From Candidatus Alectryocaccomicrobium excrementavium (GTDB lineage Bacteria; Bacillota; Clostridia; Christensenellales; Aristaeellaceae), in contig DVJN01000222.1 of the NCBI GenBank assembly GCA_018716755.1, positions 1 to 55,559 on the forward strand: 55,559 bases of DNA, read 5' to 3'. The notes below the pieces were generated by a model. It was given only the letters and a program-made list of their open reading frames with translations, searched no databases and was not told where the DNA came from. This document shows positions 35,232 through 44,648 of the stretch, in pieces. Within the stretch, counting starts at the first letter, position 1, and each line of letters starts with the position of its first letter. The position numbers and the translations under genes were made by a program.

Positions 35232-36353
35232 TTAGCGCTCGAGGATGGTGGCTTCCGTATCCTTATCGAAGAAGTGCAGGCGATTGACGTCGAACGCAAC
35301 TTCGATGGTGTTGCCAGAGCGGGCAGTAGAGCGCGGGTCAACGCGGGCAATGATGTTGCCTTCCTTGCCGGAGGTCTTCAGATACAGGTACGTTTCAGAA
35401 CCCATCAGCTCGACGATTTCCACGGAAACCTTGATCTTGCTGTCGGGGGAAGCGTTGATGAAGCCCTCTTCGTCGTGGATGTTTTCCGGACGGACGCCCA
35501 TGTAGACTTCCTTGCCGATGTAGGAATCGGACACGAACTTCTGCAGCTTGCCCTTCGGAATCTTGATGGCGTTCTCGCCGAACACGGCGTATACATCGCT
35601 GTCGCGCTTTTCGAGCTTGACCGTGAAGAAGTTCATCTGCGGCGTGCCAATGAAGCCCGCGACGAACAGGTTGGTCGGATAATCGTAAAGGTTCTGCGGA
35701 GTATCGACCTGCTGAATGAAGCCGTCCTTCATAACAACGATGCGGGAGCCCATCGTCATAGCTTCAGTCTGGTCGTGCGTAACGTAAATGAAGGTGGTCT
35801 GCAGGCGCTGATGCAGCTTGGTGATTTCCGTACGCATCTGCACGCGCAGCTTCGCGTCCAGGTTGGAGAGCGGCTCGTCCATCAGGAAGACCTTCGGCTC
35901 GCGGACGATAGCACGGCCCAACGCAACGCGCTGGCGCTGACCACCGGAAAGAGCCTTCGGCTTACGGGTGAGCAGGTGCTCGATGTCCAGGATCTTGGCG
36001 GCTTCCTTCACGCGGCGGTCAATTTCCTGCTTGGGCGTTTTGCGCAGCTTCAAGCCGAACGCCATGTTATCATACACCGTCATATGCGGATACAGTGCGT
36101 AGTTCTGGAACACCATGGCGATATCGCGATCTTTCGGGGCGACGTCATTCACCAGCTTATCGCCGATATAGAGTTCACCATCGGTGATTTCCTCAAGGCC
36201 AGCGACCATGCGCAACGTGGTGGATTTACCGCAGCCAGACGGACCAACCAGAACGATAAACTCCTTGTCTTCAATGTCCAGATTAAAATCGCTGACAGCC
36301 GTTACGCCACCCGCATAAACCTTGTAGATGTTTTTCAGCGTCAAACTTGCCAT
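35232..36353 (-). CDS. msmK: Sugar ABC transporter ATP-binding protein (MsmK/MalK/UgpC type), probably energising the orphan permease pairs
   Basis: Trimmed to [16 protein letters not shown], after GGGGGAGG. Walker A is GPSGCGKST, the signature is [14 protein letters not shown], Walker B is [11 protein letters not shown], and a C-terminal MalK-like TOBE region is present. Confidence 0.9.
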   Translation of the reverse strand: MASLTLKNIYKVYAGGVTAVSDFNLDIEDKEFIVLVGPSGCGKSTTLRMVAGLEEITDGELYIGDKLVNDVAPKDRDIAMVFQNYALYPHMTVYDNMAFGLKLRKTPKQEIDRRVKEAAKILDIEHLLTRKPKALSGGQRQRVALGRAIVREPKVFLMDEPLSNLDAKLRVQMRTEITKLHQRLQTTFIYVTHDQTEAMTMGSRIVVMKDGFIQQVDTPQNLYDYPTNLFVAGFIGTPQMNFFTVKLEKRDSDVYAVFGENAIKIPKGKLQKFVSDSYIGKEVYMGVRPENIHDEEGFINASPDSKIKVSVEIVELMGSETYLYLKTSGKEGNIIARVDPRSTARSGNTIEVAFDVNRLHFFDKDTEATILER

Positions 36354-36552
36354 GAAATAACCTCCCCCTGTTTCGTAAAAAAGGCAAACCGCGTTGCCAT
36401 TTTTCCTACTCTTATTATACAGTCTCAGCGGCCAAAATGCCAGAGCCACATTTCACAAAATTCCTCGTTTATGTTTTGTTGCATTTCTATATCCACCACA
36501 ATTATGAACACCAATTGTAAAATCATTGGATTTTACAGCCAAAAATTGGATC

Positions 36553-37242
36553 TCATCGTTGGCCATAATAGGCATTTGGGCCGTGTTTTCGCTCAAAGTG
36601 CTTGATTTGTAGCGCTTCTGGCAAATCGAGCGCATTAAAATTCAGCAAAAGAGTTAACAGTCCCATGCGTGCCACCTCTTCCAGCGTAATGGCGTTATGC
36701 ACACTCGCGCTTGCCGTCTCCCCCCAGGTGAACGGCCCATGCCCGCGCACGAGTACACCCGGCGTGTGCAGCGGATCGCGCCCCTGAAACGCTTCCACAA
36801 TGACCGTGCCCGTTTCCGCCTCGTAAGCGCGCTGGGCCTCATCCGCGCTGACATAGCGGGTGACGGGGATTTCCCCGAAAAATCCGTCCGCATGCGTAGT
36901 ACCCAGGCAGGGAATTGCCCGCCCCGCCTGCGCCCAGGCCGTGGCGTAAGGCGAATGCGTGTGCGTAATGCCGCCAACCTTGTCAAACGCACGGTAAAGC
37001 GCAAGATGCGTGGGCGTATCGGAAGAAGGGTTCAGCCGCCCTTCCACGCGTTCGCCCGTTTCCAGCGAAACGATAACCATATCTTCCGGTTTCAATTCTT
37101 CATAAGGAACGCCGCTGGGCTTGATGGCCATAATGCCCCGCGCGCGGTCCGCCTGTGAAACATTGCCCCATGTGAGCGGGGCCAGGCGGTTTTTGTGCAA
37201 CTCCATATTCGCCCGATACACCTGTTCTTTCAGTTCCCGCAT
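36553..37242 (-). CDS. araD: L-ribulose-5-phosphate 4-epimerase
   Basis: 229 aa, MRELKEQVYRANMELHKNRLAPLTWGNVS...IKPSGVPYEEL...THTHSPYATAWAQ. It is a class II aldolase/adducin fold with typical AraD motifs. The RBS is AGGAGG. Confidence 0.85.
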   Translation of the reverse strand: MRELKEQVYRANMELHKNRLAPLTWGNVSQADRARGIMAIKPSGVPYEELKPEDMVIVSLETGERVEGRLNPSSDTPTHLALYRAFDKVGGITHTHSPYATAWAQAGRAIPCLGTTHADGFFGEIPVTRYVSADEAQRAYEAETGTVIVEAFQGRDPLHTPGVLVRGHGPFTWGETASASVHNAITLEEVARMGLLTLLLNFNALDLPEALQIKHFERKHGPNAYYGQR

Positions 37243-37270
37243 GCCATTTCCTCCTGTACTCCTGTCGTGC

Positions 37271-37846
37271 TCAATTCAACGCATCCAGCGGCAGGGAGAA
37301 ACTCGGGGCAAATTCCCGCATAAAATCTTCCGCCTCAGGCAGATCCATCCCGGCGATCTGGCGGCGGATCACGCTGCGCGCGCTTTCGAATTCCGCGTTG
37401 CCATAGCCTGCCTCTTCCTCACACTTGACATAGGCGCTGATCTTGTCCGCCGCCTTCACCAGCCGCCATTCCAGGCTGTCCTCCCGGGGAAACAGCAGCG
37501 GGGCGTATTCCGGCTTGAGATCCTCGGGCAAATAGCCCATAAGCTGCTCGCTGGCCATGCGCTCAATCTGCTTGAAAGCGGTTTTGATGCCTGGATTAAA
37601 ATACTTGATGGGCGCGGCGAGATCCCCGGTGACCACTTCCGCCGCCTCGTGATACACGCCCAGAATCACCACGCGGCCAACGTCCACATGCCCGCCATAG
37701 CGCGTATTGTGGATCACCGCCAGGCAATGCGCGATCATGGCGACCTGAAGGGAATGCTCGGCGTCGTTCTCCGGGCAGGTGTTGCGCCGCAGGCCCCAGC
37801 GCCGGATCAGCTTCATGCGCGACATATAAGCGTAAAAATGGAACAT
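37271..37846 (-). CDS. HD-domain 5'-deoxynucleotidase (YfbR-like)
   Basis: Trimmed to MFHFYAYMSRMKLIRRWGLRRNTCPENDAEHSLQVAMIAH, after GGAGGA. The HD motif is YHEAAEVVTGDL. Confidence 0.8.
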   Translation of the reverse strand: MFHFYAYMSRMKLIRRWGLRRNTCPENDAEHSLQVAMIAHCLAVIHNTRYGGHVDVGRVVILGVYHEAAEVVTGDLAAPIKYFNPGIKTAFKQIERMASEQLMGYLPEDLKPEYAPLLFPREDSLEWRLVKAADKISAYVKCEEEAGYGNAEFESARSVIRRQIAGMDLPEAEDFMREFAPSFSLPLDALN

Positions 37847-37987
37847 CCTTTCCTCCCCGCAGCGCTCTCCTATGGGCATATTATAGCATTTTCCGCGCAA
37901 AAAGTAAACCGGCCGCCAAATTTTTCTTGACAAGCGATTTTCTGCGGAGTAGTATAACCATAGGAACTTTCCGGAGGTGCAGCTTGT

Positions 37988-39385
37988 ATGAAACCGTTTA
38001 TGGACAAAAATTTTCTTTTAAAGAATGAAACGGCCCGGCGCCTGTACGCTGTGGCGGAAACGATGCCCATCATCGATTACCACTGCCACCTGAGCCCCCA
38101 GGAAATCGCGGAAAACATCCCATTCCGCAACATCGGCCATTTGATGCTCGGCGGCGATCACTACAAGTGGCGGCTGATGCGCGCCTTTGGCATCGACGAA
38201 AAATTCATCTGCGGGGACGCGAGCGATTACGACAAATTCCTCGCTTACGCCCGCATGCTGCCATATGCCATTGGCAACCCGCTGTATCACTGGACGCACC
38301 TGGAATTGCGCCGCGTTTTCGGCATCGAAGACGTCTTGAACGAGGCGTCCGCGCCCTCCATCTGGGAGAGGGCGAACGCGCTGCTGGCCACGGAAGAGTA
38401 CCGTGCCAAGGGGCTGATTCGCCGTTTCAATGTAGAAGTCATCTGCACGACGGATGATCCCATCGATTCGCTGGAATCCCACCGGGCCATCGCCCGGGAC
38501 GGCGCGTTCGCCACCCGCGTGCTGCCCGCTTTCCGGCCCGACCGGGCCATCAATGCCGCTCGGGCCGGTTTCAGAGAATATATGCAAAAACTCAGCGAGG
38601 TTTCCGGCGTGGACATCCGCACGACCGATGATGTAGTCGAAGCGCTGTCCCGGCGCATAGAATATTTCCACGCCTGCGGCGCGCGCATCAGCGATCACGG
38701 GCTGGACAGCGTGCCGCACGCCTGCTTTGACAGGAGCAAAGCCGACCGTGCGCTCGCCGCGGGCCTCATGGGCCATGCGGTGCGCGCCGGGGATCTGGAC
38801 GCTTACCGCACGCTCGTGCTCGTGGCGTTGGGCAATGTCTACCACAAAATGGGCTGGGCGCAGCAATACCACCTCGGCGCGCTGCGCAGCAACAACAGGC
38901 GCATGTTCGAGCGTCTCGGCCCTGACACTGGCTTCGATTCCGTCGCCGACGCGCCCTTCGCCCACGACCTCAGCCGCATCCTGGACGCGCAGGACGCTAC
39001 CGCCTCTTTACCCAAAACCGTGCTCTATTGCCTCAATGGCACAGCCAATCCCGTCATCGCCACGATGGCCGGCAACTTCCAGGGCGACGGCATCCGCGGC
39101 AAAATCCAGTTTGGCAGCGGCTGGTGGTTCTGCGATACGCTCCCCGGCATGGTCGATCAAATGACCTCTCTGGCCAGTCTGGGGCTGCTCTCGCAATTCG
39201 TGGGCATGCTCACGGACTCGCGTTCCTTTGTGAGCTATCCCCGCCACGAATATTTCCGCCGCATCCTGTGCAACCTCATCGGCGAATGGGTGGAAAACGG
39301 CGAATACCCCGCCGATATGGAAGCGCTGGAAACCATGGTAAAGGACATTTGCTACTACAACGCCAAGCGCTATTTCGGCCTATAA
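37988..39385 (+). CDS. uxaC: Glucuronate isomerase
   Basis: 465 aa. It has the classical UxaC N-terminus FMDKNFLLKNETARRLY...PIIDYHCHLSPQEIAEN, later GNPLYHWTHLELRR, and WWF near the C-terminus. The RBS is GGAGG. Confidence 0.9.
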   Translation: MKPFMDKNFLLKNETARRLYAVAETMPIIDYHCHLSPQEIAENIPFRNIGHLMLGGDHYKWRLMRAFGIDEKFICGDASDYDKFLAYARMLPYAIGNPLYHWTHLELRRVFGIEDVLNEASAPSIWERANALLATEEYRAKGLIRRFNVEVICTTDDPIDSLESHRAIARDGAFATRVLPAFRPDRAINAARAGFREYMQKLSEVSGVDIRTTDDVVEALSRRIEYFHACGARISDHGLDSVPHACFDRSKADRALAAGLMGHAVRAGDLDAYRTLVLVALGNVYHKMGWAQQYHLGALRSNNRRMFERLGPDTGFDSVADAPFAHDLSRILDAQDATASLPKTVLYCLNGTANPVIATMAGNFQGDGIRGKIQFGSGWWFCDTLPGMVDQMTSLASLGLLSQFVGMLTDSRSFVSYPRHEYFRRILCNLIGEWVENGEYPADMEALETMVKDICYYNAKRYFGL

Positions 39386-42300
39386 TCCATCAAACAAACT
39401 GAGCTGTTCCGCCGCCGGCGCGCGCATGCGCGCCGGTATGTTTGCCCGGCGTACATCGCCGGGCAATTCCTGCATAAAGGGCGAATACGCCCCGGCAGCG
39501 GTGAGGATCAGTTCCTCCCGGGCGCGCGTGAGCCCTACGAAGAACAACCTCCGTTCCTCCTCCACATCGCAGGGTTCGCCCTCCCGCTCCAGCGGCAGCG
39601 CACCCTCGCTTACCCCCGCAAGGAACACCACAGGGAATTCCAGGCCCTTCGCGCCATGCAGGGTCATCAGCTGCACCGCGCCGGAAACATAGCTTCTGCC
39701 CGAAGCGCGGCGAATATCCGCCTCCTCGCCGGTGGCCAACAGGCCGAGGAACGACGGCATATCCTGAGCAAATGCCGCCGCAGCCAGCAGCTTTTCCATG
39801 GCGGGATTCTTTCCATGCTCCGCGCTCCAGTTCTCCAGCAGCTTGCGCGGCTTTTCTTTTTCCGCACGGGGCGCAAATTCCAGCGCATCGCGCGCCCACA
39901 GTGCCAACGCGCCCATGTCTCCTACCCCCTGGGCAAAGGCGAGCGGCGAATCCGCCGCGGCATATGCCCGCGCGGCGGCGTCCGCCTCCTCCACCGGGCA
40001 GCCATAGCCCAGCCGCAACGCGAGCGAAAGCGCTGCCGCATCCCTTTCAAGCAGAGACGCAAAGAATCCTATCGCCGCGCGCACAGCGTCATCCTGCAAA
40101 AAATCGCCGCGCCCCGCGATCACGCAGGGGATATCGTCGTGCCGCAGGCAGGCTTCAATGGTTTCCAGCTGGCGGCGCGTGCGGCACAGCACTGCAATTT
40201 CTGAAAAGGCGCGCGCCGTTTCCCGCGCGCTTCCCCCATGTGCGGCGAGCATATCCATGCCGCCGGTCAGGCGGCCGATCTCCTTGGCGATGAAAACGCC
40301 CTCCGAAAACGCGTCCGGCGCGAGCAGCGCCCGCACGGCTTCCCCCGAAGGCCGCATGGCGCGCAATTGCCGTTCCCCGCCGGGATTGGCACGGATGGCG
40401 CTTTGCGCCGCGGCAAGGATCTGCGGCGTAGAGCGGTAGTTCTCCCGCAGGCGGATGGTCTGCAAATCCGGCCAGTCGCGCGCAAGCGCCGCGAAGCAAC
40501 CCGCGTCCGCACCCCGAAAGCCGTAAATTGATTGATCCGGGTCGCCAATGACAAAGAGCGATTGGCCGAACGAGGCGAAGTGCTTCACCAGCACGCGCTG
40601 GACGCCATTGATATCCTGAAATTCATCCACGAGCACATGCGTAAACGCGCGCTTACCGGACAGATCCTTCTCCAGCGCTTCCAGCAGCACATCGTCCAGG
40701 TCCCGGGCGTCCAGTTCCGTCAGCCGGGCCTGATAGGCGCGGTACAATTCCGGCGAAAGTTCCTCGCTTTCCAGACTCGCGCCATTTTTCACCCGGGAAA
40801 CCCGCTCCACGAGCTCGCGGGGCGAGATTCCTTTGTGCCCTTGCGCTTCCAGCACGCCGCGCGCCACATCGCGCGCTTCGCTCTCGCCCAAAATGGGCTT
40901 TTTTTCCAGCAGCGCCAGGCAAATGGCGTGGAACGTGCCAATGTTCATACCGCGCACAGCCTTTTTGCCGCCCAGGCGCGCTTCCAGGCGCGCGCGCATT
41001 TCCCCCGCCGCCTGGCGCGTGAAGGTCACAGCGGTGATTTCCGAAGGCTTCGCGCCGCGTTCTTCCACCAAATACGCAATGCGCTCCACGAGGGTGAAAG
41101 TCTTGCCCGTGCCCGGCCCCGCGATCACGGCCACATGCGGTGCATTCGTTTCCACAGCCTGCCGCTGTTCCGCGTTGAGGCCCGCCGCGGCTTCTTCCCG
41201 TGCCGCGGCCAACAGCGGCGCAGCCGGAAGCGCTTCCCGTGCCCGTTTTTCTTTTTGGGCATTTTCCTGCGCGCGCTTTTCGCGCGCCGCGTCCACGGGC
41301 GAAAGGCCAGGCATGGCCAGTTGCCCTTCCAGCATGGCGAGTTCTCCCGGCTCAAACAGCGAAATTTCCCCATACTCTCCATCGAACCCGCCCTTGCGGC
41401 GCACCCGGCCCGCGCGCAGGCGGCGCACGCCTTCCGCCGCAGCAAAGCCCGCCACGCGCTCAATATCCGCCGGATCCGTTGCGCGCAGGATGTGCATCTC
41501 ATCGCCCAGCGCGCGCAGGAGCGAAAGGTACGCTTCCTGCACGCGGCGGCTGGCCACCCCCGCGCCCATGGACGCGGCCAAAAGCTCCGGCAGGGGCACG
41601 AGGCTTTCAAATGGCTTCGCGCCCTCCGGCCGCACGCCTTCCGGCCGGCTGGCCAGAGCTTCCACGCGGTGCAAAACGCCGATGGTCAGCCGCCGCCCAC
41701 ACACGGGGCACACATCCCCCAGTTTGCGCGCCTCGCCAGGTTCCAGGCAAACGCCGCAGTTGCGGTGCCCATCCAGATGGTATTTGCCCTCTTCCGGATA
41801 AAATTCCAGCGTGCCGAGGAAGCCTTCGCCCGTGGCGATCGCCCGCGACAGCGCGGGATAGGAAAGCCCACAACCCAGCAGATTGGCTTCCCGGCCAAGC
41901 TTGGCAGGCGAATGCGCATCCGAATTGGAAACGAGCGTGCGGCCATCCAGATCCGATACGCGCCAGTTCATCGGCGGATCGGAAGAAAGGCCGGTTTCCA
42001 CCGCGTGGATCTCGCCCGCCAGGTCATCAAAGCATTCTTCCAGGCTGTCGAAGCCGGAAAACGCGCCCAGCAGGGAAAAATGCGGCGTCCAGATATGCGC
42101 AGGAATGAAAATAGCAGACGGGCAGGCGTCCAGCGTGATTTCGAGCAAATCGCGGCAGTCCAGCCCCAAAATCGGCCTGCCATCCGAATGGATATTGCCA
42201 ATGGCTTCCAACCGTTGCGACAGGGTCTGCGTGCTTTCCAGATCCGGCAGGAGAATCACGCTGTGTACTTTGCGGGTTTTGCCGTTCTTTTTATAAATGG

Positions 42301-42568
42301 AGCTGATTTCACCGCTGATCACAAAGCGCGGCGCCTCCCCCTGCACCTCGCAGGGCATGCGCTGATCCGCTTTCAGCGTGTACAGCCCTTCTTCCGCGGG
42401 TTCCAACGCGCTTTGCAATTCCTCGCGCCATGCGGGATGGGTGAAGTCCCCCGTCGCAACCAGGCCGAGGCCCTTGCGCCGCGCCCACAAATCCAGGTGC
42501 GGAAGATCGAGATCGCGGCTGGTCGCGCGGGAATATTTGGAATGAATGTGCAAATCCGCTATGTACAT
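39380..42568 (-). CDS. Fusion protein: an N-terminal EndoQ-like PHP-domain nuclease with a zinc ribbon, and a C-terminal UvrD/PcrA-type SF1 helicase
   Basis: ORF 39380..42625, trimmed to MYIADLHIHSKYSRATSRD, after ACAGGGGA. The PHP metal motifs are DLHIHS, GDFTHP and SNSDAHSP. The Zn ribbon is HRNCGVCLEPGEARKLGDVCPVCGRRLTIGVLHRVEAL. The helicase motifs are AGPGTGKTF, VDEFQDIN, GDPDQSIYGFRGA, NYRSTPQIL, TLHGAKGLEFPVVFL and FFVGLTRAREEL. It overlaps the uxaC 3' end by 6 nt (convergent). Confidence 0.75.
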   Translation of the reverse strand: MYIADLHIHSKYSRATSRDLDLPHLDLWARRKGLGLVATGDFTHPAWREELQSALEPAEEGLYTLKADQRMPCEVQGEAPRFVISGEISSIYKKNGKTRKVHSVILLPDLESTQTLSQRLEAIGNIHSDGRPILGLDCRDLLEITLDACPSAIFIPAHIWTPHFSLLGAFSGFDSLEECFDDLAGEIHAVETGLSSDPPMNWRVSDLDGRTLVSNSDAHSPAKLGREANLLGCGLSYPALSRAIATGEGFLGTLEFYPEEGKYHLDGHRNCGVCLEPGEARKLGDVCPVCGRRLTIGVLHRVEALASRPEGVRPEGAKPFESLVPLPELLAASMGAGVASRRVQEAYLSLLRALGDEMHILRATDPADIERVAGFAAAEGVRRLRAGRVRRKGGFDGEYGEISLFEPGELAMLEGQLAMPGLSPVDAAREKRAQENAQKEKRAREALPAAPLLAAAREEAAAGLNAEQRQAVETNAPHVAVIAGPGTGKTFTLVERIAYLVEERGAKPSEITAVTFTRQAAGEMRARLEARLGGKKAVRGMNIGTFHAICLALLEKKPILGESEARDVARGVLEAQGHKGISPRELVERVSRVKNGASLESEELSPELYRAYQARLTELDARDLDDVLLEALEKDLSGKRAFTHVLVDEFQDINGVQRVLVKHFASFGQSLFVIGDPDQSIYGFRGADAGCFAALARDWPDLQTIRLRENYRSTPQILAAAQSAIRANPGGERQLRAMRPSGEAVRALLAPDAFSEGVFIAKEIGRLTGGMDMLAAHGGSARETARAFSEIAVLCRTRRQLETIEACLRHDDIPCVIAGRGDFLQDDAVRAAIGFFASLLERDAAALSLALRLGYGCPVEEADAAARAYAAADSPLAFAQGVGDMGALALWARDALEFAPRAEKEKPRKLLENWSAEHGKNPAMEKLLAAAAFAQDMPSFLGLLATGEEADIRRASGRSYVSGAVQLMTLHGAKGLEFPVVFLAGVSEGALPLEREGEPCDVEEERRLFFVGLTRAREELILTAAGAYSPFMQELPGDVRRANIPARMRAPAAEQLSLFDGL

Positions 42569-42616
42569 ATAATAATCCCCTGTTCTTTCCGGCTTTCGTG
42601 CTGCGCCAATGGCAGT

Positions 42617-42645
42617 ATTATACACCGGAAACCCGGGGGATGCAA
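42617..42645 (-). promoter_or_regulatory. Putative dedicated promoter of the EndoQ-UvrD fusion gene (TTGCAT-N17-TATAAT)
   Basis: On the reverse strand, TTGCAT lies at 42645..42640, followed by an exact 17-nt spacer and TATAAT at 42622..42617. It lies about 50 nt upstream of the ATG. Confidence 0.5.
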
Positions 42646-42658
42646 TCGCGCTTCTCTA

Positions 42659-43903
42659 TTATTTTCCAGGCGCGAGGGGCAAAAGAACGGCCATTTCCGT
42701 GCCCATTCGCGCGTCGCTGCGGGCCAAAATTTTCCCACCATGCCGCTTGACAATATCCTGCGCTATGGAAAGGCCCAGGCCATAGCCGCTCTGCCCGCTG
42801 CGCGCTGCGTCCGTGCGGTAAAAACGCTCAAAAATATGCTGCAATTCTTCCGGCGGAATCACTGTTCCCGTGTTGTTTACCGTTAGGCGGGCTTTCCCCT
42901 GGCGCACACAAAGCGACACGCGCACGCTTCCCTTCGCTCCCGCATATTTGCACGCATTGTCCAGCAAAATTGCGACGAGCTGCTTAAGGCGCGCCTCATC
43001 GCCCATCACGAAAACGCCGGGATGCACGTCGCTTTCAAAGGCCAGTCCCGCCTCGTAAGCGACGGGTTCAAATGAAAGCGCGCACCCCTGCGCGAGTTCG
43101 CTGAGCGAAACCCGCGTCCGTTCCATAGGCACGCGCGCATCGTCTGAGCGGGCCAGATAGAGCAGATCGTCCACCAGTTTTTTCATGCGCATACCCTCGT
43201 CGCGCGCGTTTTCCACCCAGGTTGCCTGCGCGCCGACCGTACTCTCTGGGTGCGCGGTGAGAATGCCCAAATTGGCCAGCATCACAGTGAGCGGCGTCTT
43301 CAATTCATGTGAAGCATCCGCCACAAAGCGGCGCTGCTGCGCCCAGGCGCGCTCCACCGGCGCAAGCGCCAGGCGCGAAAGCAAAAAGGAAACCAAAAAG
43401 AAGGCGAGCAGGCTGGCCAGCCCCGCCAGTCCCAGGGTGAAATATGTTTGCCGCAGCGAGGCGAATTCGTTCTCCAGCGACACAAAAGCAATGCGGATAT
43501 TCCCATCCTCCTGCCTGATGCAGCGGTACGCCAGCGCCGTTCCCCACAAAACGCCCTGGGATTCTCCCCGGGCTACGATCCGCTCCACCGCCGCGCCAAT
43601 CCACTGCTCGTCCACTTCCACGCGCCGCGCATCCAAAGAAAGGATCTCGCCTTTCCCATTGATCACCACGCGGAACGCGGGCAACAGCGGCGTGCTTCCC
43701 TCCGCCTCTTCGCGCTCGGGTCCAAGGGGCACGCGCCACTCCTCCTCTTCCACCCGCTGCAATTCCACGCGCAACGCGCGATCGCACTCGCTCATCACCT
43801 GGTCATATGCTTCCACGCCCACAATAACGAGCACCGCTGCGAGCACCAGGCTGGCCAGCAGCATGGCCACCACCACAAAGCGAACGCGCAATTGGCGAAT
43901 CAT
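42659..43903 (-). CDS. Sensor histidine kinase (two TM helices, HisKA, HATPase_c)
   Basis: 414 aa. The H-box is FVADASHELKTPLT, the N-box is LLDNACKYA, and the G-boxes are GYGLGLSIA. Its ATGA overlaps the response regulator stop. Confidence 0.9.
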   Translation of the reverse strand: MIRQLRVRFVVVAMLLASLVLAAVLVIVGVEAYDQVMSECDRALRVELQRVEEEEWRVPLGPEREEAEGSTPLLPAFRVVINGKGEILSLDARRVEVDEQWIGAAVERIVARGESQGVLWGTALAYRCIRQEDGNIRIAFVSLENEFASLRQTYFTLGLAGLASLLAFFLVSFLLSRLALAPVERAWAQQRRFVADASHELKTPLTVMLANLGILTAHPESTVGAQATWVENARDEGMRMKKLVDDLLYLARSDDARVPMERTRVSLSELAQGCALSFEPVAYEAGLAFESDVHPGVFVMGDEARLKQLVAILLDNACKYAGAKGSVRVSLCVRQGKARLTVNNTGTVIPPEELQHIFERFYRTDAARSGQSGYGLGLSIAQDIVKRHGGKILARSDARMGTEMAVLLPLAPGK

Positions 43904-44574
43904 GGCCGCATCTCCAGCCGGTAGCCAATCCGCCGCACGGCAGTGATGGATACCCGCGAGCCCAGAAAAGACAGCTTCTTGCGCGAAAAGGAGATATACG
44001 CTTCCACATTGTTGTCCACGGCGTCACTTTCCGCGCCCCATACCTTCACCAGAATATCCTCCTTGGGCACGATGGCCGCGCTGCGTGCAAGCAGCATGCG
44101 CAGCACTTCGAATTCTTTATAGCCCAACCGCACGCTTTTGATGCCACAGGAAAGTTCGCAGGTGGCGAGGTTCAGCCGCACATCGCCAAATTCCATGCTC
44201 TCCATCACCACTTCGCCCTGGCGGCGGAGCAACGCGCGCACACGGGCCAAAAGTTCCTCGGGCGCGAAGGGCTTGGTCATGTAATCGTCCGCGCCGCTAT
44301 CCAGCCCATTGACCTTGCTGGATAGCTCGTCGCGCGCAGTGAGCATCAAAACCGGCGTGGCAAGGTTAGCGGCGCGCATCGCGCGTGCGACGGCGAATCC
44401 ATCCGCGCCCGGCAGCATCACATCCAGGATCACCAGATCGTATTGACCGCTGAGCGCATAATCGCGCCCTTCCGCGCCATCGTAAACGGTTTCCACTGCA
44501 TATCTCTGCTCCCGCAGGATCTCCGCCAACGCCTGCGCCAGCCGCTTTTCATCCTCCACCACCAAAATGCGCAT
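43900..44574 (-). CDS. OmpR-family response regulator
   Basis: 224 aa. It starts MRILVVEDE, has a receiver Asp in LVILDVMLPG, and a winged-helix C-terminus ending in RRIGYRL. The RBS is GAGGAAGGA. Confidence 0.9.
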   Translation of the reverse strand: MRILVVEDEKRLAQALAEILREQRYAVETVYDGAEGRDYALSGQYDLVILDVMLPGADGFAVARAMRAANLATPVLMLTARDELSSKVNGLDSGADDYMTKPFAPEELLARVRALLRRQGEVVMESMEFGDVRLNLATCELSCGIKSVRLGYKEFEVLRMLLARSAAIVPKEDILVKVWGAESDAVDNNVEAYISFSRKKLSFLGSRVSITAVRRIGYRLEMRP

Positions 44575-44648
44575 GCTTCTTTCCTTCCTCTTTCTGCCCG
44601 TATAGCCCTTTCAGTATACGCCGCCAGGCTGAAAAGCGCCTGAAACCT

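Noticed and set aside
40532-42886. A 784-aa plus-strand ORF lies opposite the EndoQ-UvrD fusion gene and the kinase 3' end.
   Set aside because: It is antisense to an ORF that carries a full ordered set of helicase and PHP motifs. Its composition is R/A/G/H/Q/F-rich with no domain signature, and it crosses a gene boundary. I treat it as a shadow ORF.
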